Assembly: GCA_026391695.1 (NCBI GenBank)
Contig: JAPLDP010000089.1
Coordinates: forward strand, 5,042 to 69,041
Reading direction: 5' to 3'
Length of the DNA stretch: 64,000 nucleotides
Source: Bacteroidota bacterium
GTDB lineage: Bacteria > Bacteroidota > Bacteroidia > Bacteroidales > JAGONC01
The position numbers were made by a program, and so were the translations under genes. Positions 54,787 through 64,000 of the stretch are shown one piece after another. Under the pieces are notes generated by a model that did not search any database, was not told where the DNA came from, and was given only the letters and a program-made list of their open reading frames with translations. Position 1 is the stretch's first letter. Each line of letters starts with the position of its first letter.

Positions 54787-56856
54787 ATGTCAAGGAGAGT
54801 TTTTATCGCCCTCATTTTTATTTTTCCTACCCTGGATCTTTTTGCCCAGCCTCTTCCTGTACCGGATCTCAGATGTGTTTCAGTGAATGGTGATTCTGTT
54901 ACTTTATCCTGGATTACAGCCGATACAACGTCCTTCAACCTGTATCATATTTATTATTCGTATGATAAATATGCTCGTTATAATAAATTGAGTTTAGTAG
55001 TTCATAATTATGAAACAACCTCTTTTTACCAGGAGAATAATGTCCAAATAAATCCAGTGTATTATTATATGGTCACAGCTGACAGTATCGAATACGGTAC
55101 CGAATCTCTCCACTCTGATACAGTGAGTACCATTTTTATGACTGTAACACCTTTGGCGGGAAATTCGATAGCAAATCTGACCTGGAATCACATTTCAGCG
55201 AACCTCGCAGGTCAATATGATATCTACCGGAGGCTTGAACTGAGCGACTGGAAGTATCTGACTTCCACAACCAATCTGTTTTATAATGATACTGTTCGTT
55301 ATCCTTTCTGTATAGATACCTTAATACAATACCGGGTTGAAATCCAGGACGATGTTCTTGAATGTTCGTCATTTTCAACAATAGGCAGTGGTTACTTTTC
55401 CGATGGCATTGACCCGGTAATGGTCGAAATGGATACTGTGTCAGTTAATCTTCAAGGGGATGTTATTATCACCTGGTTTGCTGTCACTGGCGATACTATC
55501 AAAGAGTATGTCATTTACAGACAGGATTACGCTGGTGGTACCTTCGATATAAAAGGCACAGTTTCAGGTAATGAAACATCCTTTATTGATTATGAGTTAG
55601 AGGCGACAATTCATTCTGTTGCATATCGTGTTGCAGCAGTGGATGGCTGCAATAATATCGGTCTGGGTGGCTTTTTAAATCCATATAGTACAATATTTAT
55701 CGATCAGATTGATTTCAATTACTGCGATACGCAAATTCAACTGAATTGGACACCGAATGAAAACCTTAGCCCGCCTGTTCAGGGTTACAGACTTTATAAA
55801 GTCGATCCCTCGTCATCATCATCTGAATATATTGGTGAAACATCCGATACATCATATACCTATTTTTATCCCTTTGACTCCGACTCAACCTATTGCTTCT
55901 ATGTCAGGGCATATAATAATTCAGGTAAATCTTCATCATCTGCGGTACGGTGCTTCATTGCAAACCGCCCGCCACAACCGGATACCTTAAATTTTAAAAT
56001 AGCTTCAGTCGATACTGTTGGTAACAATTTTATCGAACTCAGTTTTTTCGCCGACACGGCCACCATCGGAACTAGCGCAGTAATTTACCGGAAAACATCT
56101 CTTACCGATACCTATATATCCATTGATACTATTCCAAACCTCGCAATGCTTAGCGATCCTCTGGTCACATACCGGGATAATAATGTGAATGTGAATGACC
56201 AGAGTTATTATTACAAAATCACTGTCATCGATAGCTGCAACAATGAAGCCTGGCTTCCATTTAATGAAATCCGAACTATATTGCTCCGCGGAATGCTCAA
56301 AGATAATAATGTCAACTGGTTGTTCTGGAATGCCTTTGAAACATTAACAGGGCAGGTGACTGCATATGAATTATACAGGAAGATCGATGGAATTGTTGAC
56401 ACGGTCATCATTCTTCCTCCCACGTCCCTGGACTATGAGGATGATATATCCTCTTTTGCTCAGAGTGCCGGAAGGTTTAGCTATATGGTCAGAGCCGATA
56501 TTTTTTTTTATGCTCCCGATTTATATAGGGAAATTGTGTATAGTTATTCAAATGAAACACTTCTCACGCAAAGAGCCAGCCTCTTTTTACCAAATGCTTT
56601 CACCCCTAACAACGATGGCATCAATGACGATTTCAAACCGGTAAATTTCTTCACTGATCAGACAGGTGATTATCAGATGGTGATTTATAACCGCTGGGGG
56701 CAGAAAATATTTGAAACCAACGATATACAGGAACCCTGGAAAGGAAATTATAAAGGTGATCCCGCCCCTTCAGGTGTATATGTATACTATATCACCTACA
56801 AATCCCTCGAAGGCCTCGACATTCAGAAGCATGGAACCGTCACACTGTTGCGTTAA
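54787..56856 (+). CDS. Secreted multi-Ig/Fn3-like repeat protein with a T9SS type-B (gliding-motility-associated, CHU_C) C-terminal sorting domain
   Basis: Signal peptide ...LDLFAQ. Repeated ~90-aa beta-rich modules. C-terminus LFLPNAFTPNNDGINDDFKP...YNRWGQKIFE...PSGVYVYYI. Confidence 0.8.
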   Translation: MSRRVFIALIFIFPTLDLFAQPLPVPDLRCVSVNGDSVTLSWITADTTSFNLYHIYYSYDKYARYNKLSLVVHNYETTSFYQENNVQINPVYYYMVTADSIEYGTESLHSDTVSTIFMTVTPLAGNSIANLTWNHISANLAGQYDIYRRLELSDWKYLTSTTNLFYNDTVRYPFCIDTLIQYRVEIQDDVLECSSFSTIGSGYFSDGIDPVMVEMDTVSVNLQGDVIITWFAVTGDTIKEYVIYRQDYAGGTFDIKGTVSGNETSFIDYELEATIHSVAYRVAAVDGCNNIGLGGFLNPYSTIFIDQIDFNYCDTQIQLNWTPNENLSPPVQGYRLYKVDPSSSSSEYIGETSDTSYTYFYPFDSDSTYCFYVRAYNNSGKSSSSAVRCFIANRPPQPDTLNFKIASVDTVGNNFIELSFFADTATIGTSAVIYRKTSLTDTYISIDTIPNLAMLSDPLVTYRDNNVNVNDQSYYYKITVIDSCNNEAWLPFNEIRTILLRGMLKDNNVNWLFWNAFETLTGQVTAYELYRKIDGIVDTVIILPPTSLDYEDDISSFAQSAGRFSYMVRADIFFYAPDLYREIVYSYSNETLLTQRASLFLPNAFTPNNDGINDDFKPVNFFTDQTGDYQMVIYNRWGQKIFETNDIQEPWKGNYKGDPAPSGVYVYYITYKSLEGLDIQKHGTVTLLR

Positions 56857-56929
56857 TTCTTAATGAAGTTGACGAAAAGTAAGATTGTCATATAATTGTG
56901 ACCCTCATATCCTCCCAATATACTCTGTG

Positions 56930-56970
56930 ATCCTCTGTGGTTCAATAAATTATAATCTACAACAGAGGAT
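56930..56970 (+). terminator. Hairpin atcctctgt / acagaggat (9-bp stem, 23-nt AT-rich loop)
   Basis: Read directly. It lies 74 nt after the stop at 56856. The left arm sits in a ctctgtg direct duplication. Confidence 0.3.
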
Positions 56971-57073
56971 TGCGGAAGCTGGACGTAGATATAAGGAGAC
57001 TTTTAGTTAACCTGCCAGGAGTGAGGCCATCTAATTTAAGGATTTTTAAGAAGTATATATAAGTGATTTTTCA

Positions 57074-57081
57074 TACCTTTG
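57074..57081 (+). promoter_or_regulatory. Candidate -7 box TACCTTTG for guaB
   Basis: Lies 22 nt upstream of the ATG at 57104. Confidence 0.45.
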
Positions 57082-57091
57082 CGCCACTTAA

Positions 57092-58573
<1,482 letters not shown>

Positions 58574-58622
58574 TTTATCCTATTATTAATAATAACCCTT
58601 TAAAAGCAAGTCTATTAACAAA

Positions 58623-60626
58623 ATGTTGAATATGAAAAAGATAGCCAGTCTGAGCCTATTCATTTGGTTCCTGATCATTGGATTGAATAGCGGCTTTGCT
58701 CAAAATGAAAAAAAAGATAAGGTTCTTGTGACCATCGCAGGTGAGGGGATTACAAAATCGGAATTCCTGAACGTTTATAGAAAAAACAACGTCAACAGTA
58801 ATGTCCTGGATAAAAAATCCATCGAGGAATATCTCGACCTGTATATCAATTTCAAATTAAAAGTTAAAGAAGCAGAAGATCTTGGACTGGATACTGTTAA
58901 AGCTTTTATTGACGAGCTGAAAGGATACAGGACACAACTTGCCCAGCCTTATCTTACTGATGAAAAGATGGTTGAGAAACTCATACGGGAGGCTTATGAC
59001 AGAGAAAAGCTGGATGTACGCGTCAGTCATATCCTCATCAGGGTGGGACCGGATGCATTACCCGCAGATACACTCGCAGCCTTTAACAAAATAACGGATA
59101 TAAGAAACAAGATCATGGGAGGAGCAAATTTTGGCGCTATGGCAGTTCAATATTCCGAAGATCCATCTGCACAGGACCGCCCGGCATCACCTAAAAGGCC
59201 GGCAATGAAAGGTAATGCTGGTGACCTCGGATATTTCACCGTGCTGGATATGGTCTACCCTTTCGAAACAGCAGCTTATAATACGCCTGTCGGAGAAGTG
59301 TCACAGCCTGTCCGTACTAACTATGGTTACCACTTGATTAAGGTCACAGATAAAAAACCCGCCATGGGAAAAGTCCAGGTCGCTCATATCCTTATCCGTA
59401 TACCGGCTAATGCCTCACCCGATGACTCACTCCGGGCTAAAGACAAAGCTTTCAAGGCCTACAAGGACATCATCAACGGTAAAGATTTCACAGAAGCCGT
59501 TAAGGAATATACTGACGATAAGGGTACTGCAGATAAAGGTGGAGTATTACCATGGTTTGGAGTGAATAGAATGATACCGGAATTTATTATCCAGGTTTCC
59601 CAGTTGAAACAAAAAGGTGATATTACGCCACCATTCCTCACAACCTATGGCTGGCATTTAGTTAAATTACTCGATAACAAAGAGATAGGATCTATGGAAG
59701 ATAATATGTCCGACCTGAAACAAAAAGTGATAAAAAACGACAGAATAGTGGTCAGCAAGGAATCTTTTATCGACTCACGGAAAAAAGATTACCACTTCAA
59801 AGAAAAAAGAAAAAAACTCAAACCCATTTACGAGTTGATAGATTCTTCAATCTTTAAAGGGAAATGGGATGTAGCTAAAGCTGCTAATCTCAAGAAGCCT
59901 TTGTTTAAACTGGCCGGAAAGAAATATACACAATATGACTTTGCCGGATTCTTGAATGAAAAACAAATCAATGGCCTCCCGGAAAATTTCCAGATCTATG
60001 TGAACAACAAATACAAAGCATATGTCGAAGAAACCATCCTGAATCACGAGGACAGCCGCCTTGAGGATAAGTATCCCGAGTTTAAGGCATTGATGAAAGA
60101 ATACAGGGATGGTATTCTCCTGTTTGAATTGACAGATCAAAAAGTCTGGTCCAAAGCCATAAAAGACACCCTTGGACTGGAAGATTTCTATAAGAAAAAC
60201 AGCAATGACTATATGTGGGATCAGCGCATTGATGCTTCTGTTTTTACTCTCAGTAATCCCGCATACGTACAGAAAACAAGGGAACTGGCAGCAACTAACA
60301 CACCCAGTGATGAAATATTGAATATAATTAATCAGGATACGGCAGTATATCTGACAATCATACGTGACAAATACCAAAAGGGTGATAATGACATCATCGA
60401 CCAGATCAGTTGGACTAAAGGTCTGTCGGATAATTTCCAGAAAGAAGGTAACACGGTTTTTGTCTATATCTATGACCTTCTACCTCCTCAATCTAAAACT
60501 CTCAGTGAGGCACGGGGGATTATCACTGCTGACTACCAGAACTTCCTTGAGAAAGAATGGATCAAAACGCTGCATGAAAAGTACCCAGTGGTAGTCAATA
60601 ATGCCGTACTTGAATCCATTAAATAA
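58623..60626 (+). CDS. Large periplasmic parvulin-type peptidyl-prolyl isomerase (PpiC/PpiD-like)
   Basis: Signal peptide. Two parvulin-like segments (HILIRV...SEDPSA...GDLGYFT and HILIRIPA...TDDKGTADKGGVLPWFG). The alternative ATG at 58632 gives MKKIASLS. Confidence 0.8.
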   Translation: MLNMKKIASLSLFIWFLIIGLNSGFAQNEKKDKVLVTIAGEGITKSEFLNVYRKNNVNSNVLDKKSIEEYLDLYINFKLKVKEAEDLGLDTVKAFIDELKGYRTQLAQPYLTDEKMVEKLIREAYDREKLDVRVSHILIRVGPDALPADTLAAFNKITDIRNKIMGGANFGAMAVQYSEDPSAQDRPASPKRPAMKGNAGDLGYFTVLDMVYPFETAAYNTPVGEVSQPVRTNYGYHLIKVTDKKPAMGKVQVAHILIRIPANASPDDSLRAKDKAFKAYKDIINGKDFTEAVKEYTDDKGTADKGGVLPWFGVNRMIPEFIIQVSQLKQKGDITPPFLTTYGWHLVKLLDNKEIGSMEDNMSDLKQKVIKNDRIVVSKESFIDSRKKDYHFKEKRKKLKPIYELIDSSIFKGKWDVAKAANLKKPLFKLAGKKYTQYDFAGFLNEKQINGLPENFQIYVNNKYKAYVEETILNHEDSRLEDKYPEFKALMKEYRDGILLFELTDQKVWSKAIKDTLGLEDFYKKNSNDYMWDQRIDASVFTLSNPAYVQKTRELAATNTPSDEILNIINQDTAVYLTIIRDKYQKGDNDIIDQISWTKGLSDNFQKEGNTVFVYIYDLLPPQSKTLSEARGIITADYQNFLEKEWIKTLHEKYPVVVNNAVLESIK

Positions 60627-60641
60627 TTTTGATTAAAAACT

Positions 60642-61484
60642 TTGAGAAGGTTTATTTCTATAGTATTGATATTCCTGGTTTCCTGCTCGGCAAATCATTC
60701 CGGTAAGAATGACAACTTCATCGCCCGTGTGCATAAAAAGAATCTTTCCAGATCTGAACTGTCCGATCTGATTAAACCTGGAACCAATGCAAAAGATAGT
60801 ATCAGCATATCCCGAAAATATATTGATAACTGGATCCTACAGCAACTTATTCTTGAAAAAGCTGAGGCAAATCTTCCTGCAGGACAGAAAGATTTCACAA
60901 AGCAACTCGAAAATTACAGGAACTCTCTGATCATATACGAGTACGAAACCAACCTCATCAAACAAAATCTTGATACTGTGGTCACCGATCAGGAAATTGA
61001 TAATTATTACGAAAAAAATAAACAAAACTTTGAATTGAAAGATAATATCATCAAGGTCAATTTTGTTATTATTCAACGTGATAAAAGTGTGACATTCCCT
61101 GTAAAAACTTACCTGAATTCATTTGATCCGGATGATAAAGACAGACTGGCAGAATATTGTAAGAAATCTGCCGTTAATTATTATCTGGAAGACCAGTGGA
61201 TGCTTTTTAATGAGCTCTTAAACGTAATTCCGATTGACACCTATAATGAGAAAATGTTCCTCGAAAACAATCGGTATATTGAACTTCAGGATTCTTCGTA
61301 CAAGTATTTTGTGCGTTTCTTCGATTTTAAAATCAAGGAAAGTACTTCACCCCTGAGCTTTGAAAAAGAAAATATCAGAAATATCATCATCAATAAACGT
61401 AAACTGGAAATCATTGAAAGAATGCACCGTAAAATTTTTGATGATGCCGTTAAAAACGATGATTTTGAGATCTATCAAAAATGA
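60642..61484 (+). CDS. Lipoprotein resembling a SurA N-terminal chaperone domain, without a PPIase domain
   Basis: TTG start. Lipobox LVSCS. IARVHKKNLSRSELSDLI...YIDNWILQQLILEKAE resembles SurA_N. ATGA overlap with surA. Confidence 0.55.
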   Translation: MRRFISIVLIFLVSCSANHSGKNDNFIARVHKKNLSRSELSDLIKPGTNAKDSISISRKYIDNWILQQLILEKAEANLPAGQKDFTKQLENYRNSLIIYEYETNLIKQNLDTVVTDQEIDNYYEKNKQNFELKDNIIKVNFVIIQRDKSVTFPVKTYLNSFDPDDKDRLAEYCKKSAVNYYLEDQWMLFNELLNVIPIDTYNEKMFLENNRYIELQDSSYKYFVRFFDFKIKESTSPLSFEKENIRNIIINKRKLEIIERMHRKIFDDAVKNDDFEIYQK

Positions 61485-62824
61485 TGAAGAAGATTATTAG
61501 AATATGGTCAGTTATTGCTCTGTTCATTATTCCACCTGCTGCAGCACAAATAAAACTCATCGATGAAATTGTCGCAGTTGTGGGCAATAACGTTATTCTT
61601 TATTCCGACATAGAAACCCAGATTCTGCAATATAGGATGCAGGGTAAAATCACTCCGGGATCAGCCACCCGCTGCCAAATACTGGAAAGTCTCCTTTATC
61701 AGAAGCTCCTTCTTAATCAGGCTGAATTAGATAGCATAGAGGTTACCGACAGCAGAGTGGAAACAAGCATGGACGCCCGGCTGAGGTATTATATTACTCA
61801 GTTTGGTTCCAAAGAAAAACTGGAAGAATTTTACCAGAAATCCGTTATCGAAATTAAAGAAGAACTTCGGGAACTGGTTAGAGAGCAAATGAAGATCGAA
61901 GAGATTCAGAACAAAATCACCGCTGACATCCAGGTTAGCCCCGCAGACGTCAAAAATTTTTACAATAGCATCCCAAAAGACAGCCTGCCACTGATCAATA
62001 CAGAATACCAGATAGGCCAGATCGTTAAAAATCCACCCATCAGCCTCGAAGAACTCACCATTAGCTACGACAGAATAAAAGCCTTGCGTGACCGTATCAT
62101 CAATGGAGAAAAATTTTCGACTCTCGCGATCCTTTATTCCGAAGATCCTGGCTCAGCATCTAAAGGCGGTGAACTAGGTACGTTTACACGGGGAACCATG
62201 TACCCCGAATTTGAAGGAGCTGCCTTTAACCTCAAAGAATCTGGCGATGTGTCAGAAATCATCAAAACGGAAGCCGGATATCATATCATACAGTTGATTG
62301 AGAGAAATGGTGATTATATCAATGTACGACATATCCTTATTCAGCCGAAAGTGTCACCCGACAACATGGAAAAAGCAAAAATGACCCTCGATAGCGTTCA
62401 TGCCCTGATTGTAAATAAAACCATGACGTTCGAAGAGGCCGCCCTGAAGTTCTCCGATGACCCCGGAAAAGTCAACGGCGGCCTCATTATTAACTCACAA
62501 ACCAATAATACCTCATTCCAGGCCGATCAACTCGACCCGGGCCTTTTCTTTGTGATCGATAACCTGGAAGTTAATAATGTTTCCGAAGCAGTAAAATTTG
62601 TCACTGAGGGAGGTAAAGAAGCCTATCGCATCCTCTATCTTAATAACCGCACCGAACCCCACCGCCTCAACATGAAAGATGATTACAATACCATACAATC
62701 AATGGCCTTGGATGATGAACGAAATCAGGTTATCCAGGACTGGGTCAGAGAAAAAATAAATGATTCTTATGTCAAAATTAATGACAGGTATAAGAACTGT
62801 GTTTTCCAGAATAAATGGTTCTGA
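61481..62824 (+). CDS. surA: Periplasmic chaperone / peptidyl-prolyl isomerase SurA
   Basis: SurA_N-like start (IDEIVAVVGNNVILYSDIE) and two parvulin segments (SEDPGSASKGGELG...GYHIIQL, and HILIQP...SDDPGKVNGG). Confidence 0.8.
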   Translation: MMKKIIRIWSVIALFIIPPAAAQIKLIDEIVAVVGNNVILYSDIETQILQYRMQGKITPGSATRCQILESLLYQKLLLNQAELDSIEVTDSRVETSMDARLRYYITQFGSKEKLEEFYQKSVIEIKEELRELVREQMKIEEIQNKITADIQVSPADVKNFYNSIPKDSLPLINTEYQIGQIVKNPPISLEELTISYDRIKALRDRIINGEKFSTLAILYSEDPGSASKGGELGTFTRGTMYPEFEGAAFNLKESGDVSEIIKTEAGYHIIQLIERNGDYINVRHILIQPKVSPDNMEKAKMTLDSVHALIVNKTMTFEEAALKFSDDPGKVNGGLIINSQTNNTSFQADQLDPGLFFVIDNLEVNNVSEAVKFVTEGGKEAYRILYLNNRTEPHRLNMKDDYNTIQSMALDDERNQVIQDWVREKINDSYVKINDRYKNCVFQNKWF

Positions 62825-62861
62825 CCTCTTAATCATCACTGATATTCACATTTAACCATTA

Positions 62862-63845
62862 ATGCCAAAGAAAACAATCATGCAGTATATAAATGATGTT
62901 GAAGCCCTTGATGCATTTGTCAATAAATATAAGATCCTTAAAAATGAGATCGCTAAAGTCATTGTCGGTCAGGATGATGTAGTCAATAGCCTGATCATCT
63001 CCATTTTTAGTAAAGGACATGGTTTATTGGTCGGCGTTCCAGGACTGGCAAAGACATTAATGGTTAACACTATAGCAAAAGCCCTCGGATTGACATACAG
63101 CCGCATACAATTCACTCCTGACCTGATGCCTTCCGATATCATCGGTACAGAAATTCTGGATGAAAATCGTAAATTCAGGTTTGTAAAGGGTCCTGTATTT
63201 GCCAATATCATCCTTGCCGATGAAATCAACCGTACTCCTCCAAAAACTCAGTCAGCTCTCCTGGAAGCTATGCAGGAAAAAGCTGTGACTGTCGCCGGCA
63301 CCTCCTATCACCTCCAGGAGCCCTTCTTCGTTCTGGCTACACAAAATCCTATCGAACAGGAAGGAACCTATCCCCTCCCCGAAGCTCAGCTCGACCGTTT
63401 TATGTTCAATATCTGGCTCGATTATCCCAGCTTTGATGAAGAAATCAACATTGTCAAGAACACCACATCCGATTATTATGCTGAACCCAGTGTTGTTCTC
63501 GACAGGGAAGAAATATTGTTTTTCCAGAATCTGATACGCAGGATACCTGTACCTGATAATGTTTACCGTTATGCTGTAAAACTGGCTGGGAAAACTCGCC
63601 CCCTGACATCTGGCGCACACCCATGGGCAAATGACTATCTTACATGGGGAGCCGGACCCCGCGCATCACAGTACCTGATTATCGGCGCTAAATGCCATGC
63701 AGCTATTCATGGGAAATATTCGCCTGATATTGAAAATGTTGAGGCCGTTGCAGCTTCCATCCTGCGCCACAGAATCGTCAGGAACTATAAGGCAGAAGCA
63801 GATGGCGTTGGCGTCGGAGATCTTATTAAGGAACTTCTGAAATAA
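62862..63845 (+). CDS. moxR: MoxR-family AAA+ ATPase
   Basis: Walker A GVPGLAKT, Walker B ILADEINRTPPKTQSALLEAMQE, and ATQNPIEQEGTYPLPEAQLDRF. Confidence 0.9.
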   Translation: MPKKTIMQYINDVEALDAFVNKYKILKNEIAKVIVGQDDVVNSLIISIFSKGHGLLVGVPGLAKTLMVNTIAKALGLTYSRIQFTPDLMPSDIIGTEILDENRKFRFVKGPVFANIILADEINRTPPKTQSALLEAMQEKAVTVAGTSYHLQEPFFVLATQNPIEQEGTYPLPEAQLDRFMFNIWLDYPSFDEEINIVKNTTSDYYAEPSVVLDREEILFFQNLIRRIPVPDNVYRYAVKLAGKTRPLTSGAHPWANDYLTWGAGPRASQYLIIGAKCHAAIHGKYSPDIENVEAVAASILRHRIVRNYKAEADGVGVGDLIKELLK

Positions 63846-63878
63846 ACCTCTTTCACGTGCAAAGCATAAACCTTTTTT

Positions 63879-64000
63879 ATGAAGAAAAATATTTACATAG
63901 CTTTCGGAATTCTCATCATCCTGATCTTCATCCTCTGGTATTTTCTGGGTTCCAATAAAACTGAACCCAAAAAAATCCTCGTTCCCGTAAAAACAGGAGA
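63879..64000 (+). CDS. N-terminal fragment of a membrane-anchored protein (continues beyond the window)
   Basis: ATG at 63879. MKKNIYIAFGILIILIFILWYFLGSNKTEPKKILVPVKTGE has a single N-terminal TM. This is reminiscent of periplasmic adaptor (HlyD/MFP) starts, but the fragment is too short to call. Confidence 0.4.
   Translation, partial: MKKNIYIAFGILIILIFILWYFLGSNKTEPKKILVPVKTG

Overview
This is a gene-dense, mostly housekeeping chromosomal segment of a Bacteroidota-type genome. The evidence for that assignment is gldB, a T9SS type-B C-terminal sorting-domain protein, CarboxypepD_reg-fronted outer-membrane barrels, TAnnTTTG -7 promoter boxes 20-50 nt upstream of many starts, and frequent ATGA start/stop overlaps. 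I call 57 CDS, two of them cut by the window edges. In order they are: a GT9 glycosyltransferase, dapD, ruvX-def, a TPR lipoprotein, and folP with a DUF1599-like neighbour. Next come a DoxX-like protein plus an orphan OppB-type permease, tpiA-prmA-[1495-aa unknown]-plsY, a methyltransferase, mrp plus a nifU-like gene, nadE, an OM barrel, gldB and comM. These are followed by an ABC ATPase, pduO, DUF2795-secA, pyrH-frr, a TonB-dependent-type receptor and a PerM-type transporter. Then comes an OM-barrel / ABC ATPase / 12-TM trio beside a two-component system and a secreted Cys-rich mini-protein. The rest is osmC-thioesterase-THUMP MTase-pfkA, priA, an ftsB-like gene, the string sixA-like/ppk1/moeA/moaA/moaC/4-TM/MOSC::mogA/GNAT/HD, glyA, a T9SS cargo protein, guaB, a PpiC/SurA chaperone block and moxR. 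I found no rRNA, tRNA, CRISPR, transposase, integrase, phage or recognisable defence genes, and intergenic space is small. Nothing here is an unambiguous novel system. The best candidates for follow-up are: (1) the two-component-linked ABC ATPase + 12-TM protein + OM barrel module with no periplasmic adaptor; (2) the divergently transcribed secreted Cys-rich protein next to it; (3) the 1495-aa signal-peptide protein embedded between prmA and plsY; (4) a molybdenum-cofactor string with a MOSC::MogA fusion, an unknown 4-TM protein and no MPT-synthase genes. Several small intergenic structures are also recorded: twin hairpins with a shared loop, a 70-nt GC-rich hairpin, and 7-mer and 8-mer tandem repeats. 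All family names come from motif recognition by eye and from memory. No searches were run.
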